Origin: Tubulanus polymorphus
Lineage: Eukaryota; Animalia; Nemertea
Assembly (NCBI RefSeq): GCF_964204645.1
Contig: NC_134026.1
Coordinates: 11,741,950 to 11,805,949 of the forward strand
Length of the DNA: 64,000 nucleotides
Direction of reading: 5' to 3'
Below, piece by piece: positions 11,801 to 26,800 of the stretch; positions within the stretch are counted from its first letter, which is position 1, and every line of letters begins with the position of its first letter. Made by a program: the position numbers and the translations under genes. Under the pieces are notes generated by a model. The model saw only the letters and a program-made list of their open reading frames with translations. It ran no database searches and was not told the DNA's origin.

Positions 11801-14800
11801 ATATCCTTTTATCGTGAGGGTCTTAAGATTGAGAACCTTAGTCTCGAAAAAAAGTTTTTTCACCCACCTTCCATAATGATTCCTTCCTTTGCCATACGTG
11901 CAAGCTTCTAGAAGCATTAAATCATGGACATACTTAATTTTTAAACAACATATACATGTATTTGAGAAATCAGATGCTCGAACTGCGGAACATAGCCAGT
12001 TGTTGCCTAGTACCACACATCCCAGACACATTTTTCAAGTTGGTAAATGTTGCCACGCAGTGCTGAGGGTAACTGACAATTTTTCAATGAAGGTTTTACT
12101 TTTTACACCTAATGATGGGTAAAAGTATACATTAAGGCTAGGTGATTTCACACTTGGAAAAATCTTTTGAATCTAGTAGAATTGATGATTTAGATGTTCG
12201 CACACCTGTTTTAATGTTTACATTGCTCCTGCTGAACGCGTAGTACTGTGTCTTTTAAAAGAACTATGTCATGACAGTGATGGCTTAGATATATTGTCAA
12301 TAGCTATGAATAGGAAATCAGTTATAAGAACAATTCAACTTAATTTGATACCTGTTTGGCATTCAAATTCAGACAAAATGTCTCTTGATTTTGAAAGTCT
12401 ACATATTAGTGATTATAATTAGCGGTTGAACAGACCGCATCTGTTCAAGCTAAGCACAAAAAATAGGATTTGAATAGTAATCCATGGCATTCTCTGGTAG
12501 ACAGCAAGGAGCAACTAAGTATAAATCATCATTTTGGATTATCATTTAGTGATAGTAAGTAAGATCATGGTTTGATATCAAGGATATTTTGACTTATGAA
12601 CTGATGACAATTAGCTGCAGGAATAATTTCAATTTTTTGCTTGAAATATACTGCGTATTGGTAGCAGCTTTGATCACGATATTAGAATATTTCCTCATCG
12701 ATCCCTATTTCAAAATTTAAAGATAATATTTGTAAAAGATTTGTGATGTGCTGTTCTATCAAAACTCATCTGCAGCTTGAGACTAAAGATAGTTGGGTAT
12801 GAATCGTTGAAACATTATTCCTTTGAATATTTGTCGTAAAAGGGCTGTAGAAATTTATTGTAAGTTTTTGTGGAGTTTTCAAGCATAAGTTTTCAAACTA
12901 CTTGAATGCTAGTGAGATCAAAATCTGTGAATGCTTATAACAAGCTTTTGAATCCGGTCAATCGTCCTCGACCAGTCAGATGCCCGTATTTGCCGTTTCT
13001 ATTTCATGTAGAAACTTCTATGAGCTCTGCCAGTTAGAAATTGATCACTTGGCCAACCCCTTCTCTGAAAACGAAACGTGGAAGTGTGGGATTCAAATCA
13101 ACCGACATCGTCTTAAAAACCTGAGCCTTAACCACCTGAGCCACAAAGGCTTGATAAGAATGATTAGCATTTCATAAGCTATGATCTATGTGAGTATTCG
13201 CCTAAACATAGAGTATCACAATGTCTTCCTTTTAATTACTCTTATGATTGATAAATTAATTAATCTTTTTATTTGGTAGTTCATTTATTTCTTGTCTATT
13301 CAAAATTTATATTGTTATATTTCGAAAGAAAAAAAATGTCAGTTACCCTTAAATATTCACCTGTGCTTGCAAAATTTTATGAAAATTGTTCATTATACAT
13401 CATCGTTATAGCAGATTTCTGAAAGAAAAAATGATTGTGAATGAAGCCTGTCAATGCCTTGTGTTTTAATGCAAACGCTATACAGTGTTGTCGTCGAATG
13501 TAACACTCTAATCCGTGTATATTGTAGATAAATTGAAGAAATCCAACAATTCAAATTTTATATGAGATAATTTATTAAAATGAAACCACAACGTTTTGGC
13601 TGTTGACTAACAGCCATCATCAGGTGGAATGACCAGCAAACTGAAGTAAACAGGACGAACAAAAGCGATGTGTAAGAATGAGTTTAACAGAACAAGTGAC
13701 AAATGAAAACAACCATAAAATCTACAAACAGTTAGGATTAATACTAAGTGGAGTAGAAGTGGACACATAGTGACATTAACCTTGGAGTAATCATTTGACA
13801 AATGATTACTCCAAGCATTAACCAAAATCTAGTAGAGAGTTGATATGTCTGGATAATAATTGATTATTAGGAGAAAAACCAGTATTTATATTAGTAGATA
13901 AGTTGGATTTCGAAAGTTTGTACTTGCTGCCCTTAAGGTTTTCAGTGGCTGACCAGTATTTTAACAATAGAAACTTGTATGTGTTACTTGAACCTGACTA
14001 TATAAACCCTGTATACAATGTCACCTCACTTCACTATTTTGGTAGCAATACATAATGTTAGATGTACATCAGAAGTTGGTTGTTTTTGCTGATGTTTTTC
14101 CTGGCTGATGTTTATCATCGTAATTCACTTGTTCGTTGTCTACAAATGCTGAAGTGTGGCTTTACTGCCGACATTTATTGGTCCCTCGAGCCGGTTGTCC
14201 GTAACTAGTGATTTCAACCGAAGGCAGCAACAACCAGCCTTGAAACAAGAGCGAGGATCCCACAAATCTGTTTTCACGAGAAGATGCAACACTGCTGATG
14301 ATATCATTGATGTGAAAGGAAGCCGACGTGAGCTGCGTCAGTAACTGTCGCAGATCGATAAGACCGTAGAAGAAATCCACGCAATCAACGAGAGATATGT
14401 CGCGATGTTGACTAGTGACCAGGAGGTTGCTGATGCACATAGTTATGTGGCTGAAGTAGAAACCCGTCATCGCCTTGTTTCTAAAACCATACGGGAAAAT
14501 CTAACTTCAAGACTGAATGATGGTACATCAGGTATCTCAAAGGCAAGCTCTACAACCTCCACGTGCTCTAAGACCGCTGATGTTAAAACCAAGCTGCAAG
14601 TTGTGCAGCTTACTCAACTGAAAAACAGATTGGAACAGGAGAAAAAAGAGCAAGAACCCCGTCGTCGTCGCCTCCTCCAAGAAGCCGAAGATGCAGCTGT
14701 AGTTGCAGCACTTGAAGCAAGTTTGATCAGAAGTGGAATTAATCCGCTAAATTCTATCCCAGTGGATATGATCGCGGCATTTCACTCTCAAAGAGCCAGT

Positions 14801-17800
14801 ATCAACAACAATTTAATTGATTCTAACAGCTGTAAGTGGTCAAACTCACCATGAGCATCGCTAACTCGCTGGACCCCAGCTGATTGTTACTATAGTAACA
14901 GTTAAGAGTGAATAAAGGGCAAAACTTTTCCAAACTTACCCAAAGAAAATGAAGACATTAGCTATGAAAATCAGTTTTGAAGTCTTGTTGCATTCAAGAG
15001 TGAATATTTTCAAAGGGTACCGAAGTAGATATTTACATTACAAAGTGTCAGAACTAATATCCAAGTTGAAACATGATATTTAGACAGATTTGCAGGCAAA
15101 ATAACAGCACACGACTCATGAGATAATTCCAGAAGATAAATAAATCCACTAAGTCATTTGAAAAATATTTCCACAGACTCTGACGAGCTGTTAGGTCAGT
15201 GAAAATAATCTTAGATATTGTAGATGTCATTGTACAAATATGTGAATCTAATAGATGAAGAGATATTTATTCGCAGGTCAAATCTTTGTTTGACCAGGTA
15301 GGTGGAAGTGAAACTCCCACCTCCCTGTTTTGACACATGATTATTCTTAAAATGGGACTAAAATTCAAGAATGGCTATTTAGTAAAATAAGATGATATTG
15401 GTTTGTTTTAATATGGTCTTGGATGAGGATGGCTTTATCCTTATGAATGACGATGCAGTTGATGGGTTATTATGCACTCTTAAATTCCGTAGTCGCCTGA
15501 CCGCAGTAACACATAGAGTTGAGTAGTAGGAACCACAGGGATCCAGAAATGTTGTGATAACAACTCTTTGATACACTGCGATCATTTCCACTGGGATAGA
15601 CTTTAGAGGAGCAGCGTGTGCATGACTTTGATGATGTTGAAGAAGCTGATTCCACTCATGACCAGCCGCTAGCTACTGAAACTATGATACTGCTCCAGCC
15701 TCTAGATGTTGGAACCAGCTCCAGAGGTCGCCATGGAACCGACCAAAACTTTGACGATGCCCGAAATCATCATGGAAATGACCGAAACGTTGATGATATC
15801 CGAAATCGCCATGGAGACGACTGAGACTTTGAGGCCAACCGACACCATCATGACCGAAATGACACCCGCTTCCGCCAACTAGACGACCGAGATGATGACG
15901 GTGCCTGCCGTTTTGCTCGACGAAATCCGCCGCAGAGAGCAATACAAACATTGTGATTTTTTATGAATCCACTCCCGACCAATGGTCCCATGTTCCGGGT
16001 GTACTGCCGCAGAGAGCAATACAAACATTGTGATTTTCAATGAATCCACTCCCGACCAATGGTCCCATGTTCCGGGTGTACTGAACGCTGCTGATATCTG
16101 CTCTCGGGGTGCGTCAACCTCTGAACTGGCTGCCGATAAAAGATGGCTGAACAGTCCAGAGTTTTTGTTGGATCCAAAGCATTGGCCACACCAAGACAAA
16201 GATACGACTCCGCTGCAAGATGACGACCCGGACGTAAGAAGAGTATCTTATAATACCAAAGCTGTGTTGATCCAAGTTTTACCCGATGCAACCAGGTTCA
16301 CGTCATGGATTCGTTATGTGTGTATTGTTGTTTGGGCCATTCGCTATGTCCAGAATCTGATCCGAATTGTGAAGAAAATACCCGCCGAACTTGGTCCATT
16401 AACTACGCCGGAGTTGAAGAAAGCAGAACTATTACTTCTACGAGATGTTCAAGCCAGAATTTCCGCGTCAGAGGTTGAAGCCCTGTGAGAAAAGAAGCCA
16501 TTACGAAAAAGCTGTGTCCTCCAATTAACGCTGATGCTTGATGATAAGGGTCTGCTGCGTGCTTGTTTGCTGATACCCTTGATGCTGACAATTTTCTGCT
16601 AGCGCTTAGACATTTTATTGCAAGAAGAGGAAATCCGATTACCATCTGCTCAGACAATGGTACGAACCCTAAGGGAGGTGAACGAGAGCTTCGGGATTCC
16701 TTAACCGAATGGAACCAAGAACAGATCACTGACGAGCTTGCTCAACATGGTGTCCAGTGCTGCTAAAAACTGCTCTTAGAAAATTGGCTTACCCAGTAAA
16801 GATTTTGAACAAAGCATATTTTAAAGCCAGGACTTCTCTCACTTTGGATGTAAAGATTTGACCACAAAATGCAGAGCTCAAAGGAGTATTGTAATCCCGT
16901 ATCTACCCACTTTGGAACGGTTCACCGCGTGTATTTATCAGTAGTAAGCACCATTGACTCTAGATTAGTCTTCCAATATCATTATACACTCAACAATGTT
17001 TTAAGTAAAAACAAACCGAATGGTGAGCTCATTGAGTCTGGGGTCTATAAGATACCCTGAAAGGATTGGAAACGTGATGTACATCGGGGAAACGGGTCGC
17101 AATCTTAGTCAACGTGTTAAGGAACATAGGGTAGACATCCGTAATCAAAAGCCTGAAAGTGGGATAGGAAACCATGTTTTTACAACCAACCACCAATTTT
17201 ACTTTCAAAATTGTAAACTCATTTATCCTTGTAAAGACATCCATAAGAGACACATATTGGAATAAGCCCTTATTTGTAAACTTTCGAAATCCAACTTGTC
17301 TACTAATCTAAATACTGGTTTTTCTCATAATCAATTATTATTCAGACATATCAACTCTCTACTAGATTTTGGTTAATGTCACTGTGTCACACTGCTATCC
17401 CCATCCACTTCTACTCCACTTAGTTACATAATTTGTATTCATCCTAACTGTTTATAGATTTTATGGTTTCTGTGGTACCCCTTTGTTGTTTTCATTTGTC
17501 ACTTGTTCTGTGAAACTAATTCTTACACATCGCTTTCATATGTCCTGTAAGTTTGTACGCTATGTTACTTCTTTTTTCTGGTCATTCCACCTGATGATGG
17601 CTGTTAGTCAACAGCCAAAACAATGTGGTTTCATTCTAATAAATTATCTCATATAAAATTTGAATTGTGGGATTTCTTCAATTGTTATACAGTGTGTCCC
17701 AATAACACTGATACAATGTTTCATCAACTGCAGTAGTGCATGTAACTAGCTTAAGCCTTCCTAATCTGTTCTGTTTGATAAATGGAATATGAAAATATGA

Positions 17801-20800
17801 AGGCTTCTATCAGGCGCGGATCCAGAGGGGGTTTTGGGGGTTCGAACCCCCCTTTTCTGACCAAGTGCCCTTTTGAAAATCATATATGAAAAAAATTCCA
17901 CCCGACATTGATCAATGACAGAAGTCCATAGTACTTGTATAAAAATGTATGAAAATGTACCTTAATTTTCAAAATTTTCTGGAGGAGGTCCCCCAGACCA
18001 CCCTACAGGTCTATCGCGCTTTTGGCACGCGCTGAGACTCCCTCCATACTTAATAAAGTACCCTTTTCATATGAGGTTAACCCCCTTTCTTTCAGCCTGG
18101 ATCCACCCCTGTTTATGAACATTAGACCTGTTATGAGCTAAGTTATTTCTAGGCTGTACCGTTCAGTAATCAGCATACAATCAACCTCGTTTCACTTGTC
18201 AGCGTATAATTTGTCATTTTGGATCGTCATCTATCCTTGAAATTGAATTACGCTTCCCGATTTTCTTTGGTTTCTGTGGTTAATTTGTTATTCAACGGTT
18301 GTCATTTTACTTGAGTTGTCACTGTTTTGCAAGTCCCTTCTTATTTTTTTTTGTATAAAATGTGGAATTCACCTAGGTATCAGCACAGGCACTCGCCGAT
18401 GGGCTTGGGATACAGTTGCTGGGGTTTTTGATAGTGTATCTGTGTTTTGAGTGGTTATTCTGCAATAAATCCGAGAAAAAAACGTCTTGGACCTTGGTAC
18501 TGATACGTTTAGAAAGATAATGGCCGCTGGCTCCACACACGGCGACCTCACAAAATACTGAACAAACTTCGTTTTTCAATCTAAAATCAAAACTTTTATT
18601 TTATATGACACTTACTAGTGATATGACAGTTATATATCCTATTATTCCATCCAATTGTGAGACACTGTCAATTTGTGAAACGTCTTTAGTAATATAAAAG
18701 AAAAGGTAGTTGACGAAGCGTGAGCGTATAGGAAAAACTTTACAGGCGTTGAGACGGCAACACTAGGTCACCGAACGTCGTTCAACCGCTGAGTGACGTC
18801 ATAACGAAATCCTGCTTTATTTGAATATAGAAGGGGAATACTTGTAGCAGGTGCCCGTGTGACCTAGTGTTGCCGTCTCAAACGAAGTTTGTTAGTGTTT
18901 TGTGAGGTTGCCGTGTGTGGAGCCAGCGGCCATTATCTTTTAAACGTATCAGTACCAAGACATTTTTTCTCGGATTTATTGCAGAATAACCACTCAAAAC
19001 ACAGATACACTATCAAAAACCCCAGCAACTGTATCCCAAGCCCATCGGCGAGTGCCTGTGGTATCAGCCCATGATTCAAGTATCCCATAAACATGACTAG
19101 TAATTTGAGTATAAAGCGGAAATGTACTGAAGTTATCAATCTGATGAATCAACATTTTTGAGCCTGTCCTTAAAGTGACAATTACAGCGAGGTTGACTGC
19201 TGTTGTTAATGACAATCTTTTTCGGACAAATTGTACAATGAACCAATTTTTTAGTTGAAACGCACCACTGAAGAACTACAATCAGTTATACAACAGAGAG
19301 ATGAAATAGCCACTCGTTGTCGAGAATTAGACTTGCAAGTACGTAATCAATTATTCGTCTTATTTAAACATATGTTTTGGTATGCTAGATAATTCTCATA
19401 ATGAATCAATTATCTTCCACTCAATGGTACTTGCAAAGTGAATAAATAGCCTTTAGTTATAATGTGCTTAGAATAATTGGGTCAAAATTTTGCGGGATAA
19501 TAATTGTTATGAAAGTTAATTCTTTAATTTGAACTTTGAAAGGTTGCTGCCTTACAAGATGAACGAGCCACTCTATCATCAGAATATGAAAAACTTCAAG
19601 AGCGAATGAATCAATCGGATAGTTTAGATGACCCAACGTAAGTGATGATTCCATTTCATTCAACCTTACATGCAGCCTTTAGTGAAATTCCTAACATAAT
19701 ATCAAGCATGTGCAAAATGTTGTATGTGTGATTTTAAAACAATCTTCATAAAACAACAACCTTGTATAGCGAGCGTATATCAAATAACATATACTCTATT
19801 TTCTGGTGTATAAGTCAAGTTTTTAGCCCACTTGGGACTTAAGTCCCAGCGGGCTATTGCGTTCACTTTTCGTCCGTCGTCCGTCCGTCCGTCCGTAGAC
19901 GGAATCCAGTTATTTTGGGAAGTTTTGAAGACGCTTCAAGGTAATGTCTTGATATTTGGTTTATACATGTATCTACCCTAGACGCATCTTCAGCCCAAAA
20001 ACTGGCCCTATCAGAATCAAGATGGCCAACTGGCAGCCATTGTTGTTCGCCAAAATCAGCACTTTTTACACATTTTCGAAGTTTACGAGGGAAATTTTGA
20101 AGACGATATGATCAATTACCTTGATCTTTCGAATATATTTGAATCTACCAAGGGCCCATCAGCATAAGAAAAATTGGGTCCATCTGACTCAAGATGGCCG
20201 TCCTATGACCTTTTTAGTGCCCAAAAATGTCAATTTTGGCCAGAATTCTAGGTCCTGTAGCTTCCTACTGGTTTGCCATTTCTCATTGCAATTTGCGATG
20301 GGTATTCTTTGTAAAGGGATGGATGTTTTATACCTGAGATAGGTATTTTTGATCCGCCAATTATGACGCAATTGGCGGCCATCTTGGTGTCATTAGTACT
20401 CATTCGTAGGTGGGAAAAAGTTTTTCGACATTATATTGTTACCTAAGCATATTTTGTTACAACAATGAATTAGAAAATTGTAGCGTATAACGTGTTCTAT
20501 GATTGGGGTGAGTTTCAAGTTCATTGTTTTTTGTATATGGCCACCAGGGGGCGTTGAATAATACAATATCTTAGTATTTCTATATTATATTTGTACCAAT
20601 ACATATTTTGTTACCGCAATCAATTGCAAAGTTGTAGCTCATGACATCATCTATGATTGTGGTGAGTTTTAAGGAAATTAGTTATTCTATATGGTCACCA
20701 GGGGGCGTTGAATAGTAGAATAACCTGGTATTTCCTTATTATATTGGTACCTAGGCATATTTTGTTACCATGATCAATTGCAAAGTTGTAGTTCATGACA

Positions 20801-23800
20801 TGTTCTATGGTGAGTTACAAGGTTATTGGGTTTTGAATATGGTCACCAGGGGGCGTTGAATAGTAGATTAACTTAGTATTTCCATATTAAATTAGTAACG
20901 AGGCATTTTTTGTTATCACAATCAATTACAAAATCGTAGCTGCTGACATGTTTTATGATTGTATTGAGTTTCAAGGTCATTGGTTTTTGTATATGGTCAC
21001 CAGAGGGCGTTGAATATTGAAATTGTTAGATTGTTGAGCATTTGAAACCACTTCCCAAGTGGGCATGGTGTCCCTGGACCCCTAGTTGAGACAAAAAATC
21101 ATGTCAAAAAACGTAGGTCGACTTATACACCGACTACACTTTCAATATCGTTTAAACTGATGATGTTTAAGAGTTCAAGGTTGCCATTATGAAATGGAAT
21201 ATTAATTTATGTTAGGCTACACTCGTATACCAATTATGTATCTTGTGTATATAATAGAAGGAATGAGTCGAATTGGTCAAAATTTTAAAAACATCTTTCA
21301 GAACAACCACTGGGAGACGATACCAAACATTACAGCATCAGGTCGAAAAGCTACAGGATGAAGTGTATAGGCTAGAAGCAGGTGAGAAATATTGTATCCT
21401 TTTGCCACATGTATTTTCGGAATGAACTTAATCGCCCATGCTACTGGTAACATATAAACTAGAGTCCATAGCATGGCTAATTCATGATGAAAACGTTCAT
21501 TTGCGAATATTCTGTTGAAATTGTTTAAAAATGTGGAACTTTACTTAAAAGGCCCAGAAAAGAATAGAGCTAATCTAATTGATAGAAATGAAGGCTTAGA
21601 TATCCAATAAAGGATATTTGTACATCCATCCATGCAAGTTCAAAAGGAACTCATTCTACTTAAAATATTTAGGGTTAAAAGGGTTAAAAAATCGATTTAT
21701 TTGAGCACATTTTTTTATGCAGCATCTTAAACTGTCCAAAATTACACATGTAGAAATTCAATGATATTTGTGCGGGAAGATCTTTATCTTGTCAAAATCT
21801 TACGCTTTGTTCAGTAGTTATGGGCTTTTAAAGACAAAACCCATCAAATTCTTGGTTATATTTAATTTGTGTTGACCCGGTTTGAGCTCCCTCATGATGT
21901 CATAGCCAGGTGCGCATTAAACGTAACATTGTATCAAGATATGTGGTGAAAATGTGGGTTCAAAATGAGGAAATTTTACTTCCTTGTTTTCCACACGGCC
22001 GATCATTGATAGCATCAAATTTTTAGTGATAGTCTGATATTAGCATGACTGGAATACTTGTTTTATCGTCATTAATTGAAGTCAATATCATTTCATTCTT
22101 TTCTTGGTTGGTTTTCAAAGAAGCATTTTTGCATACTGATAGGCCTACAGCGTGACAGATTTTAACTTCACTTGTTAGCTCTACAGTTGTCGAGCCACTG
22201 GACCATTTGTCCTTTATCTGCTCATTCTTACAAAAACCTTCTTACCATTCCCATGATGACTATGGTTTTCTGATGCTTCGTACAAACCCTTTGTTATTTT
22301 GTGGGATGCTATAAGAGTTATCGGACGTTGGTCATTGATTCTTTCTATGACTACCTTCATTTTGAAAATGCATGTGGCAGCATTACTGAAAGCTAGTTAT
22401 CCTTTTTCAGATAAATTCTTAAATATTGATTTGCCATTTCAGCTCGCGATGATTACAGAGTAAAAGTAGAACTTCTTGAAAGAGAAGTGATAGAATTACA
22501 GCAAAAGGTACAAGTAAAACCTAATCATGGAACCCTAATACTTCTATGATACAGCCTCTAAAATATACTAAATTCACGCAGTCAAGGGGTTAGGAGAAAA
22601 AATTAATATGAGACTATGTTAAATCCACTAGAACTTTTGAAAAGAATAGCATTTTTATTAGCACATAGTTCATTCTCAATTTCAATGTCATTCATATTAT
22701 TGTCTGTGAGTACCGTAAAAACCGGCGTATAAGTCTACGCGGCGTATAAGTCGAGGTCGATTTTTAGACCTACATTTCATGATTTTAACATATATCTGGC
22801 TTATAAGTCGAGTCCCTTCTCTTAGAAGAATAATTACTAGTATCATTGTATTGAATAGTTTGTTTTGATAACGATGTGTGCTGCTGTGTGTTTAATCAAT
22901 AGACTGTTACACACACTCAGGTATAATACACTACCATACAGTGATACAGTAGTGTGAGTCACACGCTATATATAGCCTAATGTATTAAGCGCTGCTATGA
23001 GCGCGCATATATGAATACATCGTTTTAAATGAAGCTGTGTCAAAATGAAAGAAGTTTTTTTCATTAAATAACTTTATTTATCATGAATAATTATTCAAAC
23101 TGTTATAGCAGTAAGAAGATGAACACTGTCTTTTTTGTCTGGCAGAATCAATATTTCTTGTGACCTGAAAATACTTCGTAGAAAACTGTACTCGGCGTAT
23201 AAGTCGAGGTCAATAATTTAGTGGTAAAATCAAGGGTTAAAAACTCGACTTATACGCCGGTTTTTACGGTATGTATATTGTGCTACATGATTGTATTACT
23301 GTTCTTATGTATAATTTCTGTATTTATCCACAAAAATTTAATCTTATGATGGTAATTGTCTCCTGTTTTATTTTTCAATCCATAGAATGACGATATGACA
23401 TCGTTAGCCGAAGAAGCTCGTTCGTTGAAAGATGAGATTGATTTCCTGAAACATAATTCTGACAAAGTTGCAAAATATGAATTAACTATCGAAACATACA
23501 AAAAGAAAATGGGTAAGAACAGCTCAATGTGACAGTGTGACCAATTCCTTCCGGAATGACTTGTGCCAATAGTTTAGTCAATGTGGGACCTTTTCAGCCC
23601 ACTTGGGACTTCGGTCCCAGCTGGCTATTTGCGTTCACTTATCGTTTGTCGTCCGTTCGTCCGTCTGTAGACAAAATCCAGTTATTTTAGGAAGTTTTGA
23701 AGACGCTTCAATGTAATGTTTTGATGTTTGGGTTACACATGTACCCTAGACACATCTTCGGTCCAAAAATTGACCCTGTCAGATTCAAGATGGCCGACTG

Positions 23801-26800
23801 GCAGCCATAGATGTTCACCAAAATCAGTACTTTTTACATTTTTTTGAACTTTTTGTGGGAAATTTGAAAACCCTTTGATCAATTACCTTGATTTTTCGTA
23901 TATATTTGAATCCCCAAGGGCCCATCACCATAAGAAAAATTGGGTTGATCGGACTCCAGATGGCCATCCTATGACCTTTTTAGTGCCCAAAAATGTCAAT
24001 TTTGGCCCAAATTCTGAGTCCTGTAGCTTCCTTCTGGTTTGCCATTTCTCATTGCAATTTGTGAAGGGTATTCTTTGGAAAGGGATGTTTTAAACCTGAG
24101 CCAGGTATTTTTGATCGGCCAATAATGACGCAATTGCCGGCCATCTTGGTATCATCACTACTCATTCGTAGGTGGGAAGTTTTTCCACATTATATTTTTA
24201 CCTAAGCATATTTTGATACCACAATCAATTGCAAAGTTGTAGCTCATGTCATTGTCTATGATTGTGGTGAGTTTTAAGGACATTAGTTATTCTATATGGT
24301 CACCAGGGGGCGTTGAATATTAGAATGACTTAGTATTTCCATATTAGATTGGTACCTAGGCATATTTTGTTACCTTGATCAATTGCAAAGTTGTAGTTTA
24401 TGACATGTTCTATTATTGTGGTGAGTTTCAAGCTCATTGGGTTTTGCATATGGTCACCAGGGGGCATTGAATAGTAGAATTACTTAGTATTTCCATATCA
24501 AATTGGTAACGAGGCATATTTTGTTACCAAAATCGATTGCCAAATTGTAGCTCATGACATTGATTTGGGTGAGTTTGAAGGTCATTAGTTTTCGTATATT
24601 TTCACCAGGAGGCATTGAATATTGAAATTGTCAGCACTTTAAAACATTTCGCAAATGGGCATTGTGTCCCTCGACGGCTGGTTGGAGGAAAATATTCCAT
24701 ATTAACTCATCATATTTGTATTTGATAATTGTAAGCATTGTTATAGGACACATCTCCGCCCATGGAATTGAGGTCACCCAATTGTTTGGTTTTCCCTTTG
24801 TTAGCGATAATGGAGTTGGCATTAAACCAATTATGTAAAATTTTAGTAGTACAATCCGGACTCTGGACATAGATCATTAAGAAATGTATGTTTTTGGCTT
24901 TATTTGGCTACAAAATAATTTGTGAAAAAGATAAAATGCAATGTGAAATAAAACTTTGAATGCTTAAAACTCAAGAGGCCATGCCCTTGGAAAAAAAGCA
25001 CCTGTTTTCAAAAGTTGAAGCCCATGACATATTCTCGGATTGTACTGAGTTTTAACCCTTTCAATACCACATAGTGTCTCCGCTGCTGTACCGGAGGGAA
25101 TTTAGGGGTTTATAGGTGTATATTTGAAACTTCATAGAATAGTTCCAAGATATCTGACACAGAAAATTTATATAGCATGTTGTTGATAACTTTTGGGCCA
25201 ACAATGTAGACATAAATAATTTGGATATAAGTGAACTTGAGGTCAAGGTCACATACTCCAAGATGGCCGCCATGAAAAAAATTCACGATAAAGTTTCAGA
25301 TAAACTGCTCTGTCTCCCAGCAAAATGCACTGATCTATTCAATTCCAACTGAAATTGTATGCCATATATCCTTACTTTATGTAGTAAAAATTTCAAAGCA
25401 ATAGAACAACTAAAATTTTTTATTTTTCCACTCATTTACCATGATATGTCGGAAGGCCAGATGTAAGGGGTTTCATTGGGGTATAATTTCAGGCCTCAGA
25501 AAATTGTTACCTATGTATTTGACACTGATACATTGTATACCATGGTGTTGATAACCATTGGGCTTACAAATAAGACAAATTATTTGGATATATGTGACAT
25601 TGAGGATGGACGGTTTCTGGTTCTTCATTATTGTTATTGGTGTCCATTGCCATGACAACCGTATCAACAGGGTCTAAAAAAGTTGTCACTGATATCATTT
25701 TCATCATCAAAATCATAGCCGGCACTATAAACCTATTTTCTGACTAAGTCTCATCATCTGAACTGCTGCTGTCATATTCGTTGTCACTCTCAATTTGTTC
25801 ACTACCAAATTCCACGTCACCTGCATCACTGTCAGCATCATATACAAGCTGCTGAACCGTTTCATCCAGCCAAATTGTTTCAAAATCAGCAAAATCAGCA
25901 CCGGCTGATACTGATAGATATGCCCTTCTAGAAGAAGGGTTAAGTGATACCGTATCACATACGGTACGGGTATGCTAGCTTGTCAATTTGTACCGTATGC
26001 CAAACGGTAGTGGTATTGTAAGGGTTAATGTCATTGGTTCCTGTATATGTTTATGAGGGATTGATGAGGGAACATTGCATATTGAAATTGTCAGATTGTT
26101 AGCAATTCAGCAACAGTTACTAAATTTGCATTATGCCCCCTACATATTAACTAAGAACATTTTGTGATCTTTCAGAGGAAATGGGTGACTTGAAAAGGCA
26201 GTTAAAGATCTTAGAGGAAAAAAATACCAGTTACATGCAACAGAATATGGAATTAGAAGAGGTATGCATATTGAATTCCATAAGTGTTGTCTCTTCATTC
26301 TGTTGCTGATGCTGCCATACCTAAATATTAACATTGAATATCAGTTTAATTTCTTGAAGCCATATGGCTTATATATATTTCTATATTAAGAAATATATAT
26401 AAGCCATCAGTCATGATTTTGGTATTCATTCTCAGAATTAAATGACAGCCAAAAGTAGTTGTGTCAGTCGGTGGAATGGCTAGGCTACTTGAAGCAGAAA
26501 GCAGCAAAACCTGAGGGGAATTTCCCAACATAGAAATTTGTGAAAAATTGGGCATTAGCCTAAATGCAATTTTAAAGCATCTACAAACACAATATGAATG
26601 TTTGATCAAATGCTATAAACTTCTGAAGACAATGTTCAAGCCACGCACGCAGGGGTTCTAACAAACACTAACTCACTTGAAAGATAAATGTCTTACCTTC
26701 AAACGGGAATTGATATGTCCACAAATCACGATTTTTAATGGAACCGAGGACAGCGTAATTTCGTTATACTTTTTTGTGGGACAGCTGTATATGTCTGCTT

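Larger units (their letters stand above)
14040..16766 (+). mobile_element. BEL/Pao LTR retrotransposon fragments
   Basis: LTR end ...GACA then PBS TGGTCCCTCGAGCCGG. Gag-like ORF 14405-14854, [17 protein letters not shown]...WLNSPEFL (Pao RNaseH-adjacent), integrase [23 protein letters not shown]. Left boundary approximate. Confidence 0.85.
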
